From assembly GCA_964648105.1 (NCBI GenBank), contig CAZYMH010000002.1, positions 54,101 through 118,100 on the forward strand: a DNA stretch of 64,000 nucleotides, given 5' to 3'. A model generated the notes under the pieces. That model was given only the letters and a program-made list of their open reading frames with translations, ran no database searches and was not told the DNA's origin. A program made the translations under genes and the position numbers. Below, in pieces: positions 19,174 through 27,629 of this stretch (position 1 is the first letter of the stretch; each line of letters opens with the position of its first letter). The stretch is from an uncultured Candidatus Saccharibacteria bacterium (lineage in GTDB: Bacteria; Patescibacteriota; Saccharimonadia; Saccharimonadales; 2-12-FULL-41-12).

Positions 19174-20136
19174 CTAGTCGTTAATGTGCTTCATGTGATA
19201 GTCGATTCCTTTGGCAATATCACCGATTAACTGCCAGTTAGAACCTTTGCTCATAATTACTAAGACGTATTTAGAATTGCCGCTAGTTACGACTGCTGCA
19301 TCATACTTATAGTCTGCTTGCTCACTAGTTTTGTTGCCTACTAAACACTCACTCCCACAACCAATTGGTATGCCTTTTCGAATCTTTTGCTCATAAAATC
19401 CGTCAAAAAACGTCCGACGGCCTTTGTCACTAAGTAGTTGCGAGCTTTGCAAACGATAGATTATTTCACTTACATCACTTGCCGAGGTAGTTGATTTGGT
19501 AATATCTTCTGTGTGCGTAGAATTAAAACCTAGATTTTTGTTGTAGCTATCAAGCGTCTTGGCATCTACGTATTTAGTGATTGCTTCGCCGCAGCGGTTT
19601 TCAGATGACTTGATCATTTCTTTGACACAATCACCTATATTGCTCTTACCATTAAGCCATTTATTCCATTCACTCGAATCAGTTTTTTTCTCCAAACTAG
19701 GTAACAAAAATAATTTATAAAGTTCACCTGCAGGCATTTTTTGGCTAGATTCTATATTGACTGAACGTCCTGATTTTAAGTCTCGTACAACCACAGAGTA
19801 CTCACCCAGACCACCATTTCTGGCAATTACCGAACGCACATTTGTCGTCAAATTTTTATCTTCATACGGCTTCACTGTCTTTTGTTCAGTTATTATTTCA
19901 GGCTTATTAGGCTTTTTCACTTCGCTTAGTGCAGTGGCATTTTGGGCAACTTGTACAGGCTTGTTAAAGATACTTTGGTAACTAAAAAATCCGCCAATAC
20001 CGATTAGACATGCGAGTGTAAAAACAGGTATTATGGCGGATTTAATTAGTGGCTTACGAGTATTGATAACCCCAGAGGTATGCTCATAATAAGATACTTT
20101 CTGACCACGAAAAATACTTTTGTTTCTCTTTAACAT
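19174..20136 (-). CDS. membrane-anchored class A beta-lactamase-fold protein (probably non-catalytic)
   Basis: An N-terminal TM helix is present. The pattern EYSVVVRDLKSGRSVNI..MPAGELYKLF, SSENRCGEAI (SDN-like), TTSASDVSEIIYRL and VGNKTS (KTG-like) matches the class A serine hydrolase order of motifs. The S-x-x-K serine position, however, reads E-L-Y-K. Confidence 0.45.
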   Translation of the reverse strand: MLKRNKSIFRGQKVSYYEHTSGVINTRKPLIKSAIIPVFTLACLIGIGGFFSYQSIFNKPVQVAQNATALSEVKKPNKPEIITEQKTVKPYEDKNLTTNVRSVIARNGGLGEYSVVVRDLKSGRSVNIESSQKMPAGELYKLFLLPSLEKKTDSSEWNKWLNGKSNIGDCVKEMIKSSENRCGEAITKYVDAKTLDSYNKNLGFNSTHTEDITKSTTSASDVSEIIYRLQSSQLLSDKGRRTFFDGFYEQKIRKGIPIGCGSECLVGNKTSEQADYKYDAAVVTSGNSKYVLVIMSKGSNWQLIGDIAKGIDYHMKHIND

Positions 20137-20481
20137 TTTTATCTTTCTTTTGTTATTTTTGTGCTGTTTTGGTATTGAAAATTTATTTTATTTTCAAACC
20201 TTTTTGTTTACATGCTCAATTTAGCATAAATTATTTATACTATGCAAAAGATTATTCACTAAGTTATTCGCAGTCTATTTTGTAACTGTTAAATATTAGC
20301 TGAGTACAAAATTTTTAATGATTTCATCACTGTTAGGAATGCCTAAACATCATTTTCATAGTTCTAACTTAACAAATAAATCTAAAGTATAATGAGCACA
20401 AAATAAAAAATTTGATCAACCAATTTACAGCCACTTGCTAGTCAATTCCGAATAGTTAAAATAGTTGTTCGCTGTCAGTTA

Positions 20482-21195
20482 CTAGAGCTTTTTAAGCAAA
20501 TAAAATCGCTCTTTATTGCCTTTTTCGCCTGTAATTGAGCTATCTTGCTTGGCCTGAATAACAAAGTATTGTTTCGCCCATAACTCAAAATCTCGCAAAA
20601 TTAATCTCCGTTTAGATTCGTTTTTGATTACACCTTTATGTTTCTCAGAAATAACCTTCGATTCAAATTGAGGCTTGACCATGGCAAGTATAATCGCTTT
20701 TTTAGTTATCAGTTTTGATAATTTCGGCAGTATTTCGCGTAACGATATAAAGCTCACATCAATCACTACAATATCTACTGGGCTACTTAGTTTTTGGACT
20801 GCACGGATATCGGTTTGTTCGTGTAGTTCAATCCGTGGGTTATGATGCAAGCTTGGATGAAGCTGATTAGTGCCGACCTCGACAGCAATAACTTTACTTG
20901 CTCCATGTCGGAGGGCAAAATCTGTAAAGCCACCTGTACTACTACCGACATCAAGAACGTTTTTTTTATCAAAATCGACCTTCATAACATCGGCCACCGA
21001 CTCTAACTTATAGGCAGCACGTGATACATATTGAGTATCAGTTTTTATATCAATTTTAGATAAATTGTCGACTTCTTGCCCCGCTTTAGTAGCCAGCTTT
21101 CCATCGACATATACCACGCCCATTTTTATATAATTTTCTGCTTGCGAACGAGAAAATACCAGCTTTTTATCTGCCAAAAGTTTATCGAGCCGCAT
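20482..21195 (-). CDS. tlyA: TlyA-family rRNA 2'-O-methyltransferase (S4 + FtsJ domains)
   Basis: An S4-like N-terminus MRLDKLLADKKLVFSRSQAENYIKMGVVYVDG precedes the SAM motif VLDVGSSTGGFTDF. Confidence 0.85.
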   Translation of the reverse strand: MRLDKLLADKKLVFSRSQAENYIKMGVVYVDGKLATKAGQEVDNLSKIDIKTDTQYVSRAAYKLESVADVMKVDFDKKNVLDVGSSTGGFTDFALRHGASKVIAVEVGTNQLHPSLHHNPRIELHEQTDIRAVQKLSSPVDIVVIDVSFISLREILPKLSKLITKKAIILAMVKPQFESKVISEKHKGVIKNESKRRLILRDFELWAKQYFVIQAKQDSSITGEKGNKERFYLLKKL

Positions 21196-21196
21196 T

Positions 21197-21838
21197 TTAA
21201 ATTAAGCCTAATTTACCAATATCACATAGTTTAGCTTTATTGCCCCGAACTTCCATAATTGCCAAAGAGCCAATTCTTGCGGTTATCAAACTCCTAATCG
21301 ATCGCAGGTTATTATAATCGTTATTTGAGAATGACATACAAGCTAGCTCGTTTATATGCTCATAAGACCTCGAACATGGAATATTTTCGGTTTCTATTTC
21401 GAGAGCCAATGCATCTATAAACGAAGTCAGTTGGTGCTTTGCATCATAAAAATATTGGTCTCTCATACTATGCAGAGGAATTACCGCAAACCTACCTGAT
21501 TTCATATGATGAATGCTTCCCGTCAGTCTCAAATCGTAATAAACTTGTTGTTTGCATAAATTTCGATGGCTATCATTAGCTTGGTGAATTTTTTCAGTGG
21601 CCCACTTTTTTGCTCGGTCTCCATATATTGGAGGCGTTAAGGACACATATGGAGGTAATTGATTATAAGCTCCTTGATAATCTGCCTCCGAAATATAGCC
21701 GCTTGTGCCTCGAACAACTGGCGAGGGAGCAATAATTTGATAATAATCCAAGTCACGTACGTTCCATTTGGTTGGGTCTAGCTCTGGAATCTTCTCATAA
21801 TCGATACTCACATGTTTGTAGGATAAAGAAGCGGTCAT
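21197..21838 (-). CDS. hypothetical soluble protein tightly coupled to efp
   Basis: The ATG at 21838 lies 1 nt after the efp stop (TAAtATG). The ORF-track start at 21895 would overlap efp by 56 nt. I recognise no family. The stop abuts the tlyA start. Confidence 0.55.
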   Translation of the reverse strand: MTASLSYKHVSIDYEKIPELDPTKWNVRDLDYYQIIAPSPVVRGTSGYISEADYQGAYNQLPPYVSLTPPIYGDRAKKWATEKIHQANDSHRNLCKQQVYYDLRLTGSIHHMKSGRFAVIPLHSMRDQYFYDAKHQLTSFIDALALEIETENIPCSRSYEHINELACMSFSNNDYNNLRSIRSLITARIGSLAIMEVRGNKAKLCDIGKLGLI

Positions 21839-21839
21839 A

Positions 21840-22403
21840 TTACTTTTTTCGCTCACGATAATCTCCACTACTTGTATCAACAGATATAATATCACCAGTT
21901 TTAATAAATGAAGGCACTTTTACTTTGGCACCAGTTTCTAGTGTTGCATCTTTGGTAATTGCCGAGCTGGTGTCACCTTTGACAGCATCTTCAGTATAAG
22001 TTACCTGCAAATAGACATTTTTCGGTAACTCGACATTTATAATTCGTTCGTCAAATTTTTGCAACTGCACACGATCACCTTCTTTTATAAAGCTGCTGCC
22101 ATTGGCCATAGTTTCGCTATCAACCTCATGCTGCTCGAATGTAGCTTCGTCCATAAAATAAAATTTTTGGCCGTCATTGTATAAATATTGAGCTGACGAA
22201 TTAACTACACTGGCTGGCTCGATTGAGTCGTTGCCTTTAAACGTTTTGTCCAATACTTTGCCATCAATCAAACTTTTGATTTTGACATTTACTATCGAGC
22301 CACCACGCCCCATCACTTTTTGGCTATATTCAACTACTCGATACGGCGTACCGTTAATCTGAAATATCGTTCCTTTTTTTAAGTCAGTTACTCCAAATGC
22401 CAT
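21840..22403 (-). CDS. efp: elongation factor P (Arg at the modification-loop tip)
   Basis: 187 aa with the three-domain EF-P pattern (GTPYRVVEY..., YLYNDGQKFYFMD, VPSFIKTGD). The loop reads KVMGRGGS where E. coli has KPGKGQA. Confidence 0.9.
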   Translation of the reverse strand: MAFGVTDLKKGTIFQINGTPYRVVEYSQKVMGRGGSIVNVKIKSLIDGKVLDKTFKGNDSIEPASVVNSSAQYLYNDGQKFYFMDEATFEQHEVDSETMANGSSFIKEGDRVQLQKFDERIINVELPKNVYLQVTYTEDAVKGDTSSAITKDATLETGAKVKVPSFIKTGDIISVDTSSGDYRERKK

Positions 22404-22429
22404 TTATATCTGCCCTTAAACTCAATAGT

Positions 22430-22633
22430 TTAGTTATTGGCCACAAAAGGCATTAAAGCTAAGTGCCTTGCACGCTTAATAGCAGTTGCCAAACGTTTTT
22501 GTTCGGTCTCTGTTAAGCCAGTTTTTTTACGCACTTCGATCTGACCATATTGATTTACATACTTTTGCAATGTTTTAAAGTCTTTGTAATCAAAATATGG
22601 TACATCTGTATTCTGTTTAAAAATTTTTGCCAT
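22430..22633 (-). CDS. rpsR: 30S ribosomal protein S18
   Basis: 67 aa with YFDYKDFKTLQKYVNQYGQI..RKKTGL..QKRLATAIKRARHLALMPF, which is typical of S18. Confidence 0.9.
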   Translation of the reverse strand: MAKIFKQNTDVPYFDYKDFKTLQKYVNQYGQIEVRKKTGLTETEQKRLATAIKRARHLALMPFVANN

Positions 22634-22677
22634 AATATTTAATTCTTTCTAGTTCTTAGATTAAGTTGTTAATTTAA

Positions 22678-23127
22678 TTAAAAAGGTATGTCATCCAAAT
22701 TAATTGGTTCATCACCGATGTCATTTACGACTACATCTTCTTTTTTCGATGATTTTGGTGATGATTGATAAGATTGATTGCCACCACCGTCATCATTCTT
22801 GTTGCCAATAAAGGTTACGTCCACTGCTACAACTTCGAGCTTGCTACGTTTTTGCCCATCTTGCTCCCATTGTCGGCTTTGCAGACGTCCACTGACTAGC
22901 ACTGGACTACCTTTTTTCATATATTGAGACACTCTTTCGCCTAAGTTTGCCCAAGCAACAACATCAACGTAGTCGACTGCTTCTTGCCAGTTTCCGTCAC
23001 TACCTTTGTAGCTGCGGTTTAGTGCCAAGCTAAAGCTACAAACGCTTTGGCCACTTGGTATTTGCCTTAGTTCTGGATCTCTTGTTAGGTTACCCATTAG
23101 TGTTACTTGATTAAATGATCGTGCCAT
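22678..23127 (-). CDS. ssb: single-stranded DNA-binding protein
   Basis: OB-fold N-terminus NQVTLMGNLTRDPELR, a Gly/Ser-rich linker and the acidic tail DDIPF. Confidence 0.9.
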   Translation of the reverse strand: MARSFNQVTLMGNLTRDPELRQIPSGQSVCSFSLALNRSYKGSDGNWQEAVDYVDVVAWANLGERVSQYMKKGSPVLVSGRLQSRQWEQDGQKRSKLEVVAVDVTFIGNKNDDGGGNQSYQSSPKSSKKEDVVVNDIGDEPINLDDIPF

Positions 23128-23151
23128 TTTACCCTCCTATTTTACTTCGTT

Positions 23152-23526
23152 CTATTCTTCGGTTTCTTCTTCGTCTTTGCCAGTTCGATTAGCTGCTCGC
23201 TCGGCTTTAAACTTGCGAATTTCTTCAGCCTTTTTAAGTGATTTGTGGTCAACTTTACTAATCAAATACCGAATTACTTCAGTAGTAATATTGAGAAGCG
23301 ACTCAACTTTTGCAACTACTTGAGCTTCCATCTCAACTGTATAAAAAATGTATACAGCGTGATCTTGCCCTTTGATTTTATAAGCCATTTTCTTCTTGCC
23401 CCAATTATCAGTTTTTTTGATTTTTACGCCATTATCGGCAAAGATCTTTTCGAGTTTTTTTGTACCTTTATCTAGATCTGCCTCTAGACCTGGGTCAAAC
23501 AAAACTGCTACTTCATAGTCATTCAT
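23152..23526 (-). CDS. rpsF: 30S ribosomal protein S6
   Basis: MNDYEVAVLFDPGLE...HAVYIFYTVE is typical of S6. It has an AAGGAG SD and an acidic C-terminal tail. Confidence 0.85.
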   Translation of the reverse strand: MNDYEVAVLFDPGLEADLDKGTKKLEKIFADNGVKIKKTDNWGKKKMAYKIKGQDHAVYIFYTVEMEAQVVAKVESLLNITTEVIRYLISKVDHKSLKKAEEIRKFKAERAANRTGKDEEETEE

Positions 23527-23551
23527 TTAAAACAACTCCTTTCCTTTGGTC

Positions 23552-23568
23552 CCTCAAATATTTTGAGG
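23552..23568 (-). promoter_or_regulatory. hairpin in rpsF 5' leader
   Basis: CCTCAAA-TAT-TTTGAGG is a 7-bp perfect stem. On the minus strand it lies about 10 nt upstream of the rpsF SD. Confidence 0.35.
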
Positions 23569-23672
23569 TATCTGGCTAGGCACTCTATTTTACTCGGCCC
23601 TAACCTGAAACTTAGTTTATTAACTACTTTATTTTACCAGAAAACTCTAACTTATTCAACTAAAAGCAAAAT

Positions 23673-24455
23673 TTATTCTGTAGCCAAATCAAAATGATTG
23701 GTTAGATGCTTAGTCAGGGCATCGATGGTAAAATTCAGCCCAAAATAATTATAAACAGAACTTGCTATCGGCAAAGTCGAGTAACCTTCTTGCCTAAGCT
23801 TTGGCGTTTCTCGTTCGAGATTACGCAAATCTTCATTGAGAGTATGTCCCAAGATATAGTTACCAATCCTACGCTTTCGTCTTAGCGGTGTATCGACATC
23901 TAAAAATTCTTCAAATAACACTTCGTCGATGATATCAGTGCATTTCTTGGCGGCATAAGTACTCAAAAACTCTTCAATTGTCGATTTTGATTCCTTAAAT
24001 GTAGACAAATGATTTTTAGATTGGCTTTGGCCACCTTCAGCAAATAATCTTTGCCTAATGTACCTTTTATCTTTTCTAGTAAGCTCAACGATATTAACTT
24101 CTCCAGGTTTAGATAAATCAATCGCCTGAGGTGGCACACTACCAGCAATTGACATCACCACTAACCGAAAAAATTGGTCATCATCATCTATAATTTCAGG
24201 GCCTTGAAATATTTTATGATACCTATCATGAAGATATTTCTCTATAACTTGCCCACGAACTACCCGTACTGCCTTACCACCTAAACTATTGAGCAAAACT
24301 TGACTTCTCTCCGGGTGAAAATGGTGATGATAATTTTTCTTCTCTGTCTCATATTGTTCGCCAAAATTATGCCGCCTATCAAGCAACCCTCCTGGAATTA
24401 TTGGCAACGGCAATCCGTTTAGACCTACTGGCGTTTCTAAATTTCTATTAGACAT
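23673..24455 (-). CDS. hypothetical protein (260 aa, soluble, His-rich patch NYHHHFHPE)
   Basis: A long intact ORF with its own promoter-like motif. I recognise no family. Confidence 0.55.
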   Translation of the reverse strand: MSNRNLETPVGLNGLPLPIIPGGLLDRRHNFGEQYETEKKNYHHHFHPERSQVLLNSLGGKAVRVVRGQVIEKYLHDRYHKIFQGPEIIDDDDQFFRLVVMSIAGSVPPQAIDLSKPGEVNIVELTRKDKRYIRQRLFAEGGQSQSKNHLSTFKESKSTIEEFLSTYAAKKCTDIIDEVLFEEFLDVDTPLRRKRRIGNYILGHTLNEDLRNLERETPKLRQEGYSTLPIASSVYNYFGLNFTIDALTKHLTNHFDLATE

Positions 24456-24505
24456 ATAATAAAAATATTTATTTTGTATCAGCTCCCCAACAAGCTTATG
24501 CCTAT

Positions 24506-24534
24506 ATTATATATGCGTTTTTAAGTTTGCACAA
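24506..24534 (-). promoter_or_regulatory. candidate promoter for the 260-aa gene
   Basis: Minus strand reads TTGTGC (24534-24529), a 17-nt spacer, then TATAAT (24511-24506). Confidence 0.4.
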
Positions 24535-24539
24535 GAAAA

Positions 24540-25220
24540 TTACTTAAGCGTTATGCTACTGAGTATGGCATCTAAACTATTAGTGATATCAGTGTTAGTT
24601 TTTACATAATCACCACTGAACGTGATATATTTATTGTCTTTTAAGGTCGTTGCATAAAAGACGCTTCGATCACCTTTTTCACTTACATAATCGCCGACAT
24701 ATTTAGTAGTTGTATTGCCTGCCATGTTTACTTCCGAGCTAGTAAGATTATTTATTTGAACAGATTCTTGGTCAACAACTTGGTTCAAGATATCGGCACT
24801 AGCCTCTTCATTTGGTGGCTCGTTGGTAACTTTTACCGATATTTTATAGCTACTATTCAAATAATCCTCTTCAGCAAAAGATAAATACCAACCATCACTG
24901 TCATCTTCTAGTTTCTCGTCCAAATCTTTGCGTAATGAACTCGGATATTTCATCGAAAAATATTGGCCATCATACTGTGTTGTAGTTACACTAGTTTGAG
25001 CGACTGGCAAGCTACTACTTTTTTTGGTGGCCGAATAAACAACGGCTAAAATAGTAATAATTATCATTGGCACCAAAACAAACAAAAACAACTTTTTATA
25101 CCTTGCTAGTAATGAAGGTGGCTTTGGTGGTTGGCTAGGATTATTTAAAAACGACCACTCATCTTTATAAACTGTTCCTCCGTACTGTTGGTTATTATTT
25201 TTTTGGTTATTAACATCCAT
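24540..25220 (-). CDS. hypothetical membrane-anchored protein (Q/N-rich N-terminus, one TM, extracytoplasmic domain)
   Basis: TM helix LFLFVLVPMIIITILAVVY. I recognise no family. Confidence 0.55.
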   Translation of the reverse strand: MDVNNQKNNNQQYGGTVYKDEWSFLNNPSQPPKPPSLLARYKKLFLFVLVPMIIITILAVVYSATKKSSSLPVAQTSVTTTQYDGQYFSMKYPSSLRKDLDEKLEDDSDGWYLSFAEEDYLNSSYKISVKVTNEPPNEEASADILNQVVDQESVQINNLTSSEVNMAGNTTTKYVGDYVSEKGDRSVFYATTLKDNKYITFSGDYVKTNTDITNSLDAILSSITLK

Positions 25221-25259
25221 AACTTATGCTTATCAGTTTACCATAATTGATATTGATAG

Positions 25260-27500
25260 TTATTTTGCCAAATAGTTTTCTTCTGGTTTTTCGACGTCTG
25301 GTTGGTCATTATATTGATCATGCTCTTCGTTATTATCTCCAAATACATCGTCCATACTACTTACCAAAACTTCTCTTGGCCTGGAGCCATCAGCTTGGCC
25401 GACTATGCCTTGCTCTTCCATAGTCTCAATCAGTCTAGCTGCTCTAGCGTAGCCGACTCTTAGGCGTCGTTGCAATAAGCTAGTGCTAGCCTTGCGGCCC
25501 TCTATAACTACTCTTACAGCGTCTTCCCACATATCATCATCAGCGTCATTGTTAGCCATCGGAGCGACAATTCCACCTTTACCATTAAATTGAACAGGTT
25601 GGGCGACAATTTCATCATCATATTGTGGCTCACGTTGTTCTCGCAAAAAGTCGGTAACTTTATTGGTTTCGTTATCATCAATTAACGAACCCTGAACCCT
25701 GATCGGTTGCGGCATCTCGCTAGTTTTATAGAGCATATCACCTCGCCCGAGTAATTTCTCGGCACCAACTTGATCGATAATCGTCCGCGAATCGACCTGC
25801 GAAGTAGTCGTAAAGGCAATTCTAGCTGGCACATTAGCTTTAATCAGTCCAGTAATTACATCTACGCTCGGTCGCTGAGTAGCTAAAATAAGATGTATTC
25901 CAACCGCTCGAGCTTTCTGAGCGATACGCACAATCAAAGCTTCGACATCGCGGGCGGCCATCATCATCAAATCGGCCAACTCATCAATCACGATTACAAT
26001 ATAAGGCATACTTTCTTCTTTTTTCAGAGCATTGTACTCACCAATATTACGTTTTTTGACTTCTGCCAATGTGCGATAACGCCGTTCCATTTCGGCGACT
26101 GCCCATTTTAAGGCACTCATGCATTTTTCTGGCTCGGTGATTACAGGTGTTAAAAGATGTGGAATATCATTATATGGAGCCATTTCGACAGTTTTTGGGT
26201 CGACCAAAATCAACTTCATATCAGACGGCGAATTATGATACAACAAGCTCGTTAAAATAGTGTTGATCATGACCGATTTACCAGAACCAGTCTGCCCCGC
26301 CACCAATATATGGGGCATTTTGGTAAGGTCGCCGTAAACTGCTTTGCCAGAAATATCTTTACCAATCGCAAAATGAAGTGGACTAGAGGATTTGTCTTGT
26401 TCCCACTCGTTGGTGAGCAGTAAACTACTCAAGCGAACCGTGGCTGATTTGATATTCGGTACTTCGATACCGACTAACCGCTTGCCTGGAATTGGAGCTT
26501 CCATACGAATCGAGGTAGCCGCCAAATCGAGAGCAAGATTGTTCTCAAGAGCCGTAATTTTAGTTAATTTTACACCTGTCGGTGGACGCAAAGTATACTG
26601 GGTTACTCGTGGCCCGATATTTGCCCCTTCCATAACAACATCGATATTGAAGTTGTTGAAAGTCTCGCGAATCACCTCGGCATTACCATTTACATCACCA
26701 GCATTAGCTTTGTCTTGAGTTTGATTGAGTAAGTTTAGCCCAGGAAACTGCCAGTCCATATCGCTAGTAGTTATTAAGGCTTCGTCAGATTTACTAGACG
26801 ATTTTTCGTTAGTTCGAGCCGAATTTCTAAAGCTGCTAAGTCGAGGCTTGGGCCGAGGTGGTTCTGGTTGCTCAGGCGTTCCAACTGTTGGCACACCAGC
26901 GTTCAGCTTGAAGTGCTTTTCTTTTAAATCATTTAGATCAGTGTCTTCGTGATCACCTTTTCTAAATGGAGCCACCAAAATCCTAAACGGAATATAAAAG
27001 CCCAAAAATAACAAAACAAAACTAATTATTCCGATCAAAATGGCTGCTGGAATTTTATCTAAAGCATCAAGGATTGCCCCGCCAACTAATGAACCGATTT
27101 GGCCGCCTTTTCCGCCTGTTGCTTCAGTTGCCATAACATCATTAATATCAGGTAGTTTTACAAACATTACATGAAATAACGACGAAAGAGCTATAAAGAA
27201 GCCAATCAGAGCAAATAACCGAACTTTAGGTATCAGGTGTTCTTCGTTGCGAAACTTAGTGTAGGCCAAAAATATCAATCCAATCGGCAATACAAAAGCT
27301 GCCGCACCAATTAACCAATTAACTCCGTCGAAGACTGCAATAGGCATTCGCCCACCAGTCTCGAAGCTACCTAGAGCAATTATTATGGCGAGTAGCACCA
27401 TCAATGTCATGCCGACATATGGCCAAACGATTGATCGCTCCCCAGGATTTGCCTTAACTGGAATTTTTTTGGACTTTCTTTTTTGTTTCTTTTTAGCCAT
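25260..27500 (-). CDS. ftsK: DNA translocase FtsK/SpoIIIE
   Basis: Four or five N-terminal TM helices, Walker A GQTGSGKS, Walker B VIVIDELADL and a C-terminal gamma winged helix (ASTSLLQRRLRVGYARAARLIETMEEQGIVG). Confidence 0.95.
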   Translation of the reverse strand: MAKKKQKRKSKKIPVKANPGERSIVWPYVGMTLMVLLAIIIALGSFETGGRMPIAVFDGVNWLIGAAAFVLPIGLIFLAYTKFRNEEHLIPKVRLFALIGFFIALSSLFHVMFVKLPDINDVMATEATGGKGGQIGSLVGGAILDALDKIPAAILIGIISFVLLFLGFYIPFRILVAPFRKGDHEDTDLNDLKEKHFKLNAGVPTVGTPEQPEPPRPKPRLSSFRNSARTNEKSSSKSDEALITTSDMDWQFPGLNLLNQTQDKANAGDVNGNAEVIRETFNNFNIDVVMEGANIGPRVTQYTLRPPTGVKLTKITALENNLALDLAATSIRMEAPIPGKRLVGIEVPNIKSATVRLSSLLLTNEWEQDKSSSPLHFAIGKDISGKAVYGDLTKMPHILVAGQTGSGKSVMINTILTSLLYHNSPSDMKLILVDPKTVEMAPYNDIPHLLTPVITEPEKCMSALKWAVAEMERRYRTLAEVKKRNIGEYNALKKEESMPYIVIVIDELADLMMMAARDVEALIVRIAQKARAVGIHLILATQRPSVDVITGLIKANVPARIAFTTTSQVDSRTIIDQVGAEKLLGRGDMLYKTSEMPQPIRVQGSLIDDNETNKVTDFLREQREPQYDDEIVAQPVQFNGKGGIVAPMANNDADDDMWEDAVRVVIEGRKASTSLLQRRLRVGYARAARLIETMEEQGIVGQADGSRPREVLVSSMDDVFGDNNEEHDQYNDQPDVEKPEENYLAK

Positions 27501-27507
27501 AAGAGTT

Positions 27508-27516
27508 ATTATATCA
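27508..27516 (-). promoter_or_regulatory. extended -10 promoter of ftsK (leaderless spacing)
   Basis: Minus strand TGaTATAAT ends 7 nt before the ftsK ATG at 27500, and no SD is present. Confidence 0.5.
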
Positions 27517-27575
27517 TTTTTATTTATTATTTACTTGCTAATTGTAGCACAATTTACCACAAAAGTCAATATACC

Positions 27576-27604
27576 AAAAAGAGTCCTTTGTATTTAAGGA
27601 CTCT
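27576..27604 (-). terminator. rho-independent terminator after rnj
   Basis: AGAGTCCTT-TGTATTT-AAGGACTCT is a 9-bp perfect stem. On the minus strand it is followed by TTTTTGG and lies 26 nt after the rnj stop. Confidence 0.7.
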
Positions 27605-27629
27605 TTCGGCTCGTCAAATTAGCTATTGT

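Noticed and set aside
21839-21895. Longest-ORF N-terminal extensions (orphan to 21895, pnp to 32685, holA to 37471, dnaG to 48442, orn to 50060, 48422 and 55002 starts, 58279 start)
   Set aside because: The extensions overlap upstream genes or lack SD and promoter support. Internal ATGs have an SD, a stop/start overlap, or a correctly spaced -10 box. The alternatives cannot be fully excluded without N-terminal data.
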